DNA of 64,000 nt, from IMG/VR virus record IMGVR_UViG_3300033149_001257, positions 32,001 through 96,000 of that record, one strand, 5' to 3'. Shown here one piece after another: positions 48,827-58,117 of this stretch; within the stretch, counting starts at the first letter, position 1, and the number at the start of each line of letters is the position of its first letter. The position numbers were made by a program, and so were the translations under genes. Under the pieces are notes generated by a model. That model made no database searches. It saw nothing but the letters and a program-made list of their open reading frames with translations, and was not told where the DNA came from. Source of the stretch: a virus.

Positions 48827-49033
48827 TTAATCTTTGCCCATCTTGAGGATTTGTATTATTATATCACTCAACCCTGCGCCTATCCACGCAAGAACCTCGT
48901 CAGTTTCGTCGGCAACGTAGTATCTTATGTCACCCACTATTTTTTCAGAAACTTCTTGCCCTTTTTCTTCCGCCTCTTTTTGAAAATCATTAATCAGTTT
49001 TTTAATCTTGTCAGATTCTTCTTTTGTGAACAT
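48827..49033 (-). CDS. small hypothetical protein
   Basis: AAGGAGG before ATG (MFTKEE...). Confidence 0.55.
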   Translation of the reverse strand: MFTKEESDKIKKLINDFQKEAEEKGQEVSEKIVGDIRYYVADETDEVLAWIGAGLSDIIIQILKMGKD

Positions 49034-49043
49034 TAAATCCTCC

Positions 49044-50867
49044 TTAAAATATAGTATCTGCGATTCCACCGCTCATTACATCATCACCATCATCAGCGCC
49101 ACCGTCGTCTGTTACCATGCAGGTCTTTTTAATTTCGCTGTCTACTTCGTCTTTAGCCAACAAGGTTTCATATACATCTATGGCAAATAAAGCATAAACA
49201 AAGCTCATGAAAGCATCGGTCTTGCCGTGTTGTTTAATATACTTGAATACCCCATTTTTAGTCTTCATTGGTAATCCACTTGCGTCCTTGGCTCTGCCTA
49301 TATTGCCGGACTCCGCCTTTATGTCTTTAATCACGGACATTACCGCGGACTTGCCTGTTATGTCATATGCTCGTAAAGGAACAGACTGTCCATTCACTAT
49401 TGTGAATTCTTCGTATTCTGATGGCAGCTTTATTCTCTCTTTTTCCATTCTTGCCTTGGCTATTGTGTGGATTTTGTCTACCAGGACATCATCCCCGAGC
49501 ATTTTACCATAGGCCCTTTTTACTGTTTCGTTCCGGCTAACCCACAATAAGCAGTGGTGCCCCTCTTTATCCTCGTCATCCACTCTCAGCATGGGCGTTA
49601 CTTCCTTTTCTATACCATTTACTGTTATTTTCTCAAGTTCAAGGCGCTCTGCTACCCAGTGTCCACCGCCCCCTGGGTCCATGGCGAGATATATGAAATT
49701 AAATGCCTTATCTGCCGTATGTATAATATCTGCCATTTCGTCCTCAGATATACCCCTCACCTTTATGGCATGTACCACGCAATCCTCTTTTGAGTTGGTT
49801 TTGTGGTATTTTATGACTGTTAATGTGAAGAAATCGCCTTTATTGTCATATCCTTTTGCTACATCGCATCCCCCGAAATACCTGTCTTTTTTGCTGCCTT
49901 TCAGCTCTATCTTTAAATATGGTACAAATAGTGGGAAAAACAGGGTTGATGGATATACCTCGCTACCGCCCTCTACCCATTTGCCAAGCCATTCCATATC
50001 AAAAGAATCTTTGTCCATTATCTCTTTATCCATGGCTAATTGCGTTTGGTCTATTGTCCATAGGAATTCTTTTGAAACATGAGTATAATTTCTATTAAAA
50101 TGGACTACAGACAACTCTCCCTTTTTTTCTTCCCTGTCAAACCATTCCACGCGCTTATATGCGGCATTTAACTTGTAATTTGCCGAGGATTCATATATAA
50201 TCTGGTTATCATAGACCATGTCCCCTGTTTTCTCAAACATAGGGCTCTTAACCTCTGTTACTATAGGGCCTATTACGTCCGTGAGTATCTTCTGGTCCGG
50301 GAAGAATGTCCATTCGTTCACTATGGCACCATTCCATCTCTGACTACGGAGCCGGAGGCCCTTCCCCCGGAGAATATATGGGGGTATCACGACGAATTCA
50401 GAGTTATTTGTGTACTTAATTGAGTGAATATCCGGACCATGGAACGGTTTAGCCTCACTATTTGACGTTTTTCCCCTTATTTCTGCCTGATATACGGGGC
50501 ATTTCTCAAACCACCTATCAACATATTTTACGAATATATCCTTAGCGCCACCGAATGTGTGTGAAATAAAGCCCCATTTCTGATTATCTATCAATATACA
50601 CTTCATGTGTGCAATTAAGTAGTAAATAAAGGTTTTTGCGTTATCTCTACCGGAATCGTCCAGGACAAAGTGGGTTTTCCATGCGGCCTCAAATCGTTCT
50701 TTCTGATGCGGAGCGAATCCCTTCCCATACAGGGGGTCAAATATCGTCTGTGCGGCATATATTGGGTCCTGTAGCATTTGCAGCTTAACCTCTGCCGTTA
50801 ATATTGGCTTTGTGTTATTTCCACGAATCATATTTATTGTCCTTTTTGTATTTATTTGATATGTCAT
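49044..50867 (-). CDS. terminase large subunit
   Basis: PHQ adenine motif, SGRDNAKT, AIVNE, ESSA coupling motif, FDMEWLG, GCDVAK, AMDPGGGG, KTDAFMS nuclease acids. Confidence 0.85.
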   Translation of the reverse strand: MTYQINTKRTINMIRGNNTKPILTAEVKLQMLQDPIYAAQTIFDPLYGKGFAPHQKERFEAAWKTHFVLDDSGRDNAKTFIYYLIAHMKCILIDNQKWGFISHTFGGAKDIFVKYVDRWFEKCPVYQAEIRGKTSNSEAKPFHGPDIHSIKYTNNSEFVVIPPYILRGKGLRLRSQRWNGAIVNEWTFFPDQKILTDVIGPIVTEVKSPMFEKTGDMVYDNQIIYESSANYKLNAAYKRVEWFDREEKKGELSVVHFNRNYTHVSKEFLWTIDQTQLAMDKEIMDKDSFDMEWLGKWVEGGSEVYPSTLFFPLFVPYLKIELKGSKKDRYFGGCDVAKGYDNKGDFFTLTVIKYHKTNSKEDCVVHAIKVRGISEDEMADIIHTADKAFNFIYLAMDPGGGGHWVAERLELEKITVNGIEKEVTPMLRVDDEDKEGHHCLLWVSRNETVKRAYGKMLGDDVLVDKIHTIAKARMEKERIKLPSEYEEFTIVNGQSVPLRAYDITGKSAVMSVIKDIKAESGNIGRAKDASGLPMKTKNGVFKYIKQHGKTDAFMSFVYALFAIDVYETLLAKDEVDSEIKKTCMVTDDGGADDGDDVMSGGIADTIF

Positions 50868-51534
50868 CGAGTTGCTTTTTGCGTGCCGCCTCTTCTCTAT
50901 CCCTCAGAGACCCCTCACCCCCTAATTTTCCACCCTTCTTACCTATCAATCCCATGTCAATTTTTATCTGCCGTCTCTCTCTTTCGGCCTCCTTGATTAG
51001 AGAATTCCACCCCTTCGCCTGTTCCACATTGGACGCATTGTTCATCTTTCGGGTCATTCTCCACACTATCAAATCCTTGTCTATTATTGACCGAATTGCC
51101 TCTCTGTGAAGAAAATTGCCCATGTCAACCCCCGGCATTTTACTATAATCTGATATTTTTTCCAGAACTATTGCCATTTCGTGGGGATTATATTCATAAC
51201 CACTAAATAATTCAGAACGAACCGGCTTCATGCACGCATCCATCTGCGCCTTAAATGTTTCAGCATCCTCACTTACTTTTATATTGGACCTGATTAATAT
51301 GACATTGTTGATAAATGCCAACGGCCCCTTGGATACTTGCATACCATACTGCCATTCATCGTCCCCTGTCCATGTTCCGGCAGCCTTCCCCTCCTCTTTC
51401 TTTTTTATCCACTTCTCACGATTGTTAATCATGTATTCTTTGGCTCGTTTCACATCCTCGTCGGTACATGGTATCATACAGATGTCATGCTCATATAAGC
51501 GCTTACGTTTGGATATTTCTTTTTCCTCATCCAT
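50815..51534 (-). CDS. terminase small subunit candidate
   Basis: helical protein immediately upstream of TerL. Confidence 0.55.
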   Translation of the reverse strand: MDEEKEISKRKRLYEHDICMIPCTDEDVKRAKEYMINNREKWIKKKEEGKAAGTWTGDDEWQYGMQVSKGPLAFINNVILIRSNIKVSEDAETFKAQMDACMKPVRSELFSGYEYNPHEMAIVLEKISDYSKMPGVDMGNFLHREAIRSIIDKDLIVWRMTRKMNNASNVEQAKGWNSLIKEAERERRQIKIDMGLIGKKGGKLGGEGSLRDREEAARKKQLDDISNKYKKDNKYDSWK

Positions 51535-51715
51535 TTGCCTTCTCCTTGAAAATGATTTCTCCCGCGAACTTAATTGATTTGATTTTGCCCTTGGCTATTT
51601 GAGTTGTAATCACTATATATGGGAACAATTCCCTAATGAGATTTTCTACCTTTTTCTTCTCATCTTCGGTTTTTCCCATGGTATCTTCCAGTATTTCAGG
51701 TTTAATCGCTTCCAT
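51527..51715 (-). CDS. small hypothetical protein, first gene of late arm
   Basis: follows promoter at 51759-51787. Confidence 0.5.
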   Translation of the reverse strand: MEAIKPEILEDTMGKTEDEKKKVENLIRELFPYIVITTQIAKGKIKSIKFAGEIIFKEKANG

Positions 51716-51758
51716 TTATATCACGCTTACCTTTTTTTAACTAATATTTACACCTCAT

Positions 51759-51787
51759 ATTTTACCATAACCTCAAACAAAAGTCAA
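51759..51787 (-). promoter_or_regulatory. promoter of packaging/structural arm
   Basis: TTGACT-17-TAAAAT with TG extension. Confidence 0.7.
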
Positions 51788-51879
51788 CAATTTTGGAATA
51801 TTTCTCCCCTCTTTTTTTTCAGGCCAATTTAATATTATTTGCCAAATATTAAAATACCGACGAGGATTGAATTATTTAC

Positions 51880-51908
51880 TTGACAAGATATTATGGATAT
51901 GGTATACT
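51880..51908 (+). promoter_or_regulatory. promoter of early/replication arm
   Basis: TTGACA-17-TATACT with TG extension. Confidence 0.78.
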
Positions 51909-51982
51909 CCTTTTGAAACGAAAGGAATGTGTGAAATGGGAATAAGGCATCGGAGAAATCATTTAATTAATTTTTGTTTTAT

Positions 51983-52057
51983 GTGGGGTGTGGACACTTC
52001 CCTCGGTACTAAGGCTTTGCCTGAACCCGGCTCCGATGAGTCTGCACCCCGCTTTTT
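51983..52057 (+). ncRNA. structured leader RNA / attenuator
   Basis: 13-bp stem GTGGGGTGTGGAC/GTCTGCACCCCGC (3 G-U), inner TCGG/CCGA helix, followed by T5. Confidence 0.6.
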
Positions 52058-52084
52058 ATGGGGTAAGAAAGAGAGGATTGTATA

Positions 52085-52360
52085 ATGAGAATTGAGTGGT
52101 CACTGAATGGGGAATCCTATGTTTCCGAGGGAACCATGGATGAGTGTATGAAAATGATTAGTCGGTTCACTTTGAAGATTTGTGAAGAGTGTGATGCATC
52201 TTCTGCCATAGATGATTTGAATGAAATTAAGGTAAACTTCAAAGCCTTCTGTCGTGGTGATATTGATGGCATTGAATTTGCAGATGCAATTTCAGATATA
52301 TTTGAAAGAATTGAAAGGTGCACCAAGTGTAAGCATACGACGAAGGGAGGGATTGTATAA
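52085..52360 (+). CDS. hypothetical protein, paralog family A
   Basis: MRIEW...EGTMDECM. Confidence 0.7.
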   Translation: MRIEWSLNGESYVSEGTMDECMKMISRFTLKICEECDASSAIDDLNEIKVNFKAFCRGDIDGIEFADAISDIFERIERCTKCKHTTKGGIV

Positions 52361-52623
52361 TGAAAATTGAATTATCCCGGGATGGAATATTGTTCGCTAT
52401 TGAGGGAAATAAAGCAGAGTGTATGGAAATGCTCAATGTCGCCATGGAGGATATATTCAAGGATAAAGGTGTCCTATCTTCCAAGGCGGATAAGTTTAAT
52501 AAAATAAAAAGGGCTGCTATACTTCACCACTTTGGATTAACCTCACGGTCCAAACTTATGGATGTTGTTGAGGGGGTGATGTTCCCATCGGACTCTGTGT
52601 GGGTTGGTGGTGAGGAACATTAG
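52360..52623 (+). CDS. hypothetical protein, paralog family A
   Basis: MKIEL...EGNKAECM. Confidence 0.7.
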   Translation: MKIELSRDGILFAIEGNKAECMEMLNVAMEDIFKDKGVLSSKADKFNKIKRAAILHHFGLTSRSKLMDVVEGVMFPSDSVWVGGEEH

Positions 52624-52739
52624 GCATGTGGCACAAGAGGGGCGGTAGAGTTAATCGTGTTTCTCCGGACGGCTCGCTAATTAGTATATCCAGCGCTCTA
52701 ACGAAGAAACTCCTGCCCTAAAAAAAGGAGAATGGCAAT

Positions 52740-53114
52740 ATGAAAAAGAAAAGAAAGCTGAATCGTAAAACTTATTATTTCTATGATGAACCTATCGGGG
52801 TCGCACTATGTTTCGGGGCTTTTAAGTATATCTTGACATGGTTTCTTTCCCGACATCCAAAGAAGTTGGTGAAGTGCGTGGACATTCCAATGAGTTTTAT
52901 TTTTGCTTGGTTAGAAAGAACCCATGATGATGCTGTCGCTAAAGACTTGAATGGGAAATGTGAGGGCTTGAAAGGGTGTAACCCCTCGCGTGAGGCAAGA
53001 AGGCTCTTGGAGCATTATATAAATAAGTTGGACTTATTAGAAAAGCTGAAAATGGAGCATGAGAAACTGGTGTACTCACAGCAAAGGTTGTGTAATATGG
53101 AAAAATTTGATTAG
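52740..53114 (+). CDS. hypothetical protein
   Basis: AAGGAG RBS. Confidence 0.6.
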   Translation: MKKKRKLNRKTYYFYDEPIGVALCFGAFKYILTWFLSRHPKKLVKCVDIPMSFIFAWLERTHDDAVAKDLNGKCEGLKGCNPSREARRLLEHYINKLDLLEKLKMEHEKLVYSQQRLCNMEKFD

Positions 53115-53254
53115 GCAAGTAATTAAAAGGAGGATACGGCAATGGCAGACAAAGTTAAGGTTCCAGAAAACTGGGATAAAATATGGAGAGATACTTACCT
53201 CTCTCAGGTTGCAGATAAAAAGAGGTTGGCTATAGCAAGTAATAAATAGGGGAT

Positions 53255-53575
53255 ATGGAAATGACAAAAAAACAATGCACTAAATGTAAGGAGTGGAAAG
53301 AAGTAAATACCGATAATTTTTATAAGGATAAGTCCATGAAGGATGGATTTCGAGGGCAGTGTAAGAAGTGTAATATGGCATATGCGATGGTCTACCGTAA
53401 AGAAAATAAAGAGAAGATTGCGGCGGCATGTAAGAAATGGCAAGAAAAAAATAAAGATAGGTGTATTGAGTGTGGAAAACTCATCAGTCCAACAGCTATG
53501 AGATGTAAACCCCGCCTTGGTATACTCACTAGCGACAAATGTAAAGAAAAGAAAGATGCGCGTTGGTATGAATAG
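53255..53575 (+). CDS. zinc-finger protein resembling the N-terminus of phage HNH endonucleases (no HNH core)
   Basis: CTKCKEWK..FYKDKSMKDG...QCKKC. Confidence 0.6.
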   Translation: MEMTKKQCTKCKEWKEVNTDNFYKDKSMKDGFRGQCKKCNMAYAMVYRKENKEKIAAACKKWQEKNKDRCIECGKLISPTAMRCKPRLGILTSDKCKEKKDARWYE

Positions 53576-53646
53576 AATAAAAGATGGTGAGGTGGCTAGA
53601 AAAAAAGAAGGAATTAACAAAAATATAAAATAAAAAGGAGATAAAA

Positions 53647-54750
53647 ATGAATCTGAAAATTGACAAACAGTTGTATGATTTGGTCCCACTTTTGACCGAT
53701 GAGGAATATGCTGGTTTGGAGCAGAACTGTATCAAGAATGGCATAAGAGATTCTATTGTTATTTGGAAAGAAACAAAAGAGCCTGTTTATACGGTTATTG
53801 ATGGCCATAATCGATATAAAATTGCTCAAAAGAATAAGTTGAAGTATGATACGGTTATGGTTAATTTTGAATCAAAAGATGAGGCCAAGATATGGATTAT
53901 TAATAATTGCTTAGATAGGCGCAATTTGAATGATGCTCAAAGAATTATGTTGGCTTTGAAAATGGATGATATTATAAAAGCAAAAGCAAAAACACAGCAA
54001 ATTAGAAAACCCAAATCTGTTCCGACAATGTTGTCGGAACAAAAGCCAATAGAAACAAGGAGGGAAGTTGCAAAGATTGCTGGCACTGGACGGCTTGCGG
54101 TTGATAAAATGAGAACTATTTTGGATAAGGGTACTCCGGAGCAGAAAGAAAAAGTATTGAGTGGGAAAAGCACAATTAGCGCAGTATCTCGCGACATAAA
54201 GAGGGTTGAAAAAAAAGAAGAAATTAAGCGTATCCCGCCATCAAAGCTCGAGGGTAAGTATAATGTTCTACTGGCAGATCCACCATGGCAATATGATATT
54301 ACAAATACTGCCATTAGGGGTAATGCTGATGACCAATACCCCACAATGGATATAGAAAAAATAAAAGAGTTGCCTATTGAAAACATTACCCTTGATAATG
54401 CTGTCTTGTTTTTATGGACGACGTCCTCAATGATAAGAAAAGCATTTGATGTAATTGAGGCGTGGGGATTTGAGTTTAAGACTTCCATGGTGTGGGTTAA
54501 GGACCGTATAGGAACAGGTTTTTATGTGCGAAGTAAGCATGAGATATTATTAATAGGTGTTAAGGGAAGTTTTACCCCAATGACCACAAAGTTACCAGAT
54601 AGCGCAATAATGGCAAAAAAGGAAAAGCATAGTAAAAAACCCGAAATATTTTATGATATAATAGAAAAAATGTATGCTGGACAAAAATACATAGAGTTGT
54701 TTGCCAGGAATGAGAGAGATGGTTGGGATTCGTGGGGAGAGGAAATATAA
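53647..54750 (+). CDS. ParB-like N-terminal domain fused to MT-A70 family N6-adenine methyltransferase
   Basis: IDGHNRY, RRNL; YNVLLADPPW, YPTM, LFLW, WGF..KT..VWVK, RSKHE, HSKKP, IELFAR, WGEE. Confidence 0.9.
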   Translation: MNLKIDKQLYDLVPLLTDEEYAGLEQNCIKNGIRDSIVIWKETKEPVYTVIDGHNRYKIAQKNKLKYDTVMVNFESKDEAKIWIINNCLDRRNLNDAQRIMLALKMDDIIKAKAKTQQIRKPKSVPTMLSEQKPIETRREVAKIAGTGRLAVDKMRTILDKGTPEQKEKVLSGKSTISAVSRDIKRVEKKEEIKRIPPSKLEGKYNVLLADPPWQYDITNTAIRGNADDQYPTMDIEKIKELPIENITLDNAVLFLWTTSSMIRKAFDVIEAWGFEFKTSMVWVKDRIGTGFYVRSKHEILLIGVKGSFTPMTTKLPDSAIMAKKEKHSKKPEIFYDIIEKMYAGQKYIELFARNERDGWDSWGEEI

Positions 54751-55257
54751 ATGTCATTTAGTGAAGATTTAGATTTGGAATATAAATTTTATGATAAATA
54801 TTTCAGAAAATACCTGAGCGATAAGGGGTATGGTGAAATATATATCTGGTGGGATGATAAAAATATAATTCATCAAGAATTGCAGAAAAAAAAAGATATT
54901 GATGTTGTGATAGAAAATAGAGCTGAGAAAAAAAATATTTCATTGTCATTGAAAGTTGTGCGACATATTTATGAACAAATATTCTTTGAGACGGTAAGTA
55001 ATATCGGCAAGAAAACCCCGGGGTGGGGATATTATTCACAAGCAGATTGGATTGTTTATGCCATGGGTGATTATAGAAATGGATTTCCTTCGCATTTTAA
55101 AATTCATAAATTCAAAAAAGACGATGTTTTGAAATTGAATATTAATAATTATCCAATTGGTTATGGTAAAACTTATGATAGTGCCGGTAATTTGCTTTAT
55201 AGAACCGAGGGTAGACTTATACCGCTAAGTGATTTTGATAATGAATTGATAAAATAA
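54751..55257 (+). CDS. putative PD-(D/E)xK-like nuclease
   Basis: Q..DID..I...SLK...FET.SN...GW...ADWIVY pattern. Confidence 0.45.
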   Translation: MSFSEDLDLEYKFYDKYFRKYLSDKGYGEIYIWWDDKNIIHQELQKKKDIDVVIENRAEKKNISLSLKVVRHIYEQIFFETVSNIGKKTPGWGYYSQADWIVYAMGDYRNGFPSHFKIHKFKKDDVLKLNINNYPIGYGKTYDSAGNLLYRTEGRLIPLSDFDNELIK

Positions 55258-55270
55258 AAGGAGAATTATA

Positions 55271-55693
55271 ATGTGGAGATACATTAAAATATTGCTTGAA
55301 CTGGAACTTGCGCGTCTTACCGGCGTGGTTTATGGAAAAGAGGAAAAGGAGAGGATTGTCGGTATGTTAAAGGGTGCTATAAAAGAGTGTATCGCCAAAG
55401 ATGATGAACTGGGAACATTATTGGATAGGGTTGATAAAATTGATTGTGGGGAATGTGATAATAAAATAATAACCGGGGACTGTGGGCATATGGTATATGC
55501 CAATACGAAACCCGTTTCTATTGCAGATTATGATGAGCCTGGTAATCGTTGCGTTTCACGTAAGATGCTGTGTCCCGATTGTTGTTTGGTAGAGGATAGG
55601 GCAGGTATGGTGTTGGAAGGTAAGGTAGCAGAAACCAATTGGATTAAATTTGGTGTTCCTTGTGGTATGCCTGATGACGAACCTGACCTTTGA
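55271..55693 (+). CDS. hypothetical protein with Cys motifs
   Basis: AAGGAG RBS; CGEC, CGH, CPDC. Confidence 0.6.
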   Translation: MWRYIKILLELELARLTGVVYGKEEKERIVGMLKGAIKECIAKDDELGTLLDRVDKIDCGECDNKIITGDCGHMVYANTKPVSIADYDEPGNRCVSRKMLCPDCCLVEDRAGMVLEGKVAETNWIKFGVPCGMPDDEPDL

Positions 55694-55870
55694 CGAATGG
55701 TATGAAATATTAGAAAAGAGGGGTATGTGAAAAAGAAAAATAAAGAAAAGAAGAGTGTTAAGAAAAAAGCCGGTAAGGGATATTATTCAGAAACATATTC
55801 CATAGGAGTACCTGTGTTGAGAAAATACCCTCGTGGTATATCAAACAAAACTAAAAAAGGGAGGAGTTGA

Positions 55871-56329
55871 ATGTTAAAATTAACGAGTAATAAGCAGGTG
55901 AAGAGGTTGGTTGAGAATGGAGGTGGAGTGTTGAGGGTTGATGGTGATATTATGATTTGCGTTGATGACCTTATTGTTCCGGGTGATATTGAATGTGTGA
56001 ATATTTACAGTTGGGAATCTAGGAAAAGTATCAGCGCAGAAAATATTACAGCGCGGGAGATTGTGGTGGGTAATATTACAGCAGGCGACATTGATGCCAC
56101 GGACATTGTGGCGCTGAGTATTCTTGCGAGAAGTATTGACGCGATAGGGATTATCGCAACCGATATTAGATCGGGTGATATTCGTTATAGGGGTGGATGT
56201 TTTGTCACTGGTAATATTAAATGTGGGTCAATTACTGGTCGCACAAAAAAATGTAGACATTTCTGTGTGAAAGGTAAAGTTAAAATAACCAGAAATTGGT
56301 ATGTGTTGGGAATGGGAGGAACTAAATGA
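55871..56329 (+). CDS. beta-helix repeat (bactofilin/pentapeptide-like) protein
   Basis: 5-residue repeats I-x-A-x-(N/D/E). Confidence 0.65.
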   Translation: MLKLTSNKQVKRLVENGGGVLRVDGDIMICVDDLIVPGDIECVNIYSWESRKSISAENITAREIVVGNITAGDIDATDIVALSILARSIDAIGIIATDIRSGDIRYRGGCFVTGNIKCGSITGRTKKCRHFCVKGKVKITRNWYVLGMGGTK

Positions 56330-56613
56330 GTTATGAGGGATACTCACAATACTGGTGCAAGAATGGTCATTATTGGGAGCACGACTGCATGGAAAGAGAT
56401 GATGTGTGTAATCACTGTGGAGAAAAAGCAGTATTTGAGAATTCAGTAGACCAAACGAATGGTTCCTGCGACGAGAATGGCAAAAGAATTGATGGGCATA
56501 TAGACCCGGTATTAGACAAGGAAGTCGCAGAAGTTTGCGATAAGTGTGGGTACAAAAAAATACTGGAACGAAGGTATCTTATCCCGAGAAAAAGGAGAAA
56601 TCTAAATGAGTAA
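56326..56613 (+). CDS. zinc-binding hypothetical protein
   Basis: MSYEGY...CKNGH, CNHCG, CDKCG. Confidence 0.65.
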   Translation: MSYEGYSQYWCKNGHYWEHDCMERDDVCNHCGEKAVFENSVDQTNGSCDENGKRIDGHIDPVLDKEVAEVCDKCGYKKILERRYLIPRKRRNLNE

Positions 56614-56869
56614 TAAGTTAATCGCTGAGGGTTTTGGGATTATGAGGACGGTGTTACGCGGTGGCCTTAAAAAAGAGAGGAAAATCCTGCTGTTGGCAAA
56701 GTTGGAAAAGGTAATAGATGAATTAGAGAACGAACCAGAAAACATTGAATTGGAGGTAAAATCTAAAGTGGATGCCGTAGGAAAGGTTGTTGTTGGTAGC
56801 AAGAGAATCGAGAAAAGAAACGGACGTATTATTTCTCACGATAAGGGCGGTTCAGAAATCATTGGTTGA
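56606..56869 (+). CDS. hypothetical protein
   Basis: coupled ORF with RBS. Confidence 0.6.
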   Translation: MSNKLIAEGFGIMRTVLRGGLKKERKILLLAKLEKVIDELENEPENIELEVKSKVDAVGKVVVGSKRIEKRNGRIISHDKGGSEIIG

Positions 56870-56888
56870 AAAATAAAAGGAGATTATT

Positions 56889-57917
56889 ATGCCAGATGCT
56901 AAAATATCGTTGGACCCTGGGATTTTTACTGAGGAAGTGTTTAGAGAGGCATCTTCTGAGAAGTTAGAGCCGTCGTGTGTTGTATGCTTCTATCTTTATT
57001 CTGCCGGGAATTCAGATTCAACAGGAGTCTTCGAACCTAAGATTTCCACCCTCACATATAACGCATTACCGGGTAAGGTATCTCAAGATGGTATGAAAAT
57101 ATATAAATATTTATTAGACAATAATAAGTATCTGGAGTTCATAGCATCAAATGGTAAAAGATATACCTACATCCCAGCATATCTTAAAATAAACACTCTT
57201 AATCACCCGAGGAAACCTATTTTACCATTCCCCCCTAAAGATTGGCTATTGGATGCCCATTACGCCATCGCAAAGAAGTGGGGAATCGACCTGGATAAAA
57301 TGAAAACCAGAAAACCTCAGAAAGAACTGACAATTTTTGATGATGATAATATGGGGAATGGCGCAGAAGGGAATGGGAAAAAAGATACTCCTGTTGCGGA
57401 AAAAGCTGTGGAAAATAAAGACACTGTTGTGCCTGAAAAAAAGGAAAGCGTGCCAGAAAAGCCTGATGAAAAGAAAGAAAGTCCGTCGGTAAAAGAAGAA
57501 AAGAATCCCATGGATAATACGAATGAAATAATTGATGCGATAGTGTCATTGTGGAATAAAACAAATCTAAAACATGTCACTAAGATTACCGATACAAGAA
57601 AATCTAAAATAAAAACAAGGTTGAAAGAAAAAGAATTTATTGATGGGTGGGAAACTGCAATCTTGAAAATGTCGGAATCCAATCTGTGCCTCGAGGCCGG
57701 ATGGGCCACAATGGACTTCCTTATTGATAATTCTAATAATTACATTAAGGTTTTGGAAGGTAAATACGATAATCCGGGGGTCCGTAAGGTTGAATTGAGT
57801 GCCAATAAAAGACCTGACATAAAAGACTATGGTAATTTATCTGACCCTCGTATGCGCGTTAAGGCGTATCAGGAGGATATGAAGAAGTGGGTTGAAAAGT
57901 ATGGAGATAAAAAGTGA
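56889..57917 (+). CDS. phage replication initiator (O-like)
   Basis: two domains with charged linker; IVSLWN, ITDTRKSKIKTRL, WATMDFLI..NNYIKVLEGKYD; upstream of DnaB. Confidence 0.8.
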   Translation: MPDAKISLDPGIFTEEVFREASSEKLEPSCVVCFYLYSAGNSDSTGVFEPKISTLTYNALPGKVSQDGMKIYKYLLDNNKYLEFIASNGKRYTYIPAYLKINTLNHPRKPILPFPPKDWLLDAHYAIAKKWGIDLDKMKTRKPQKELTIFDDDNMGNGAEGNGKKDTPVAEKAVENKDTVVPEKKESVPEKPDEKKESPSVKEEKNPMDNTNEIIDAIVSLWNKTNLKHVTKITDTRKSKIKTRLKEKEFIDGWETAILKMSESNLCLEAGWATMDFLIDNSNNYIKVLEGKYDNPGVRKVELSANKRPDIKDYGNLSDPRMRVKAYQEDMKKWVEKYGDKK

Positions 57918-58095
57918 TGAATTACGGTAAGTCTACGGTTATACTACGTGAAGGCTACCGTGGTGATACGGTAAACTACTCGCAGTCTACACGAAGGTCG
58001 CGTTGTAGTAAGTAGAATATCTAGAGTAGAATTATTATAATAGGCTGTTATAGATAGTATTAGTATTAGTATAAAAGAGTTATAGTATGTCAAGA
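57918..58095. other. candidate replication origin
   Basis: between initiator and helicase; repeated TACGGT/CTAC units then AT-rich TAGTAT repeats. Confidence 0.45.
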
Positions 58096-58117
58096 AAATC
58101 GCAGAAAGGACTTGGAA

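Noticed and set aside
58077-58093. TTGAC-ATACTATAACTC (minus strand) as a self-target of the copy-1 guide near the putative origin
   Set aside because: Needs a shifted guide boundary, an unproven TAM and a 2-nt bulge; too weak without a TAM assay
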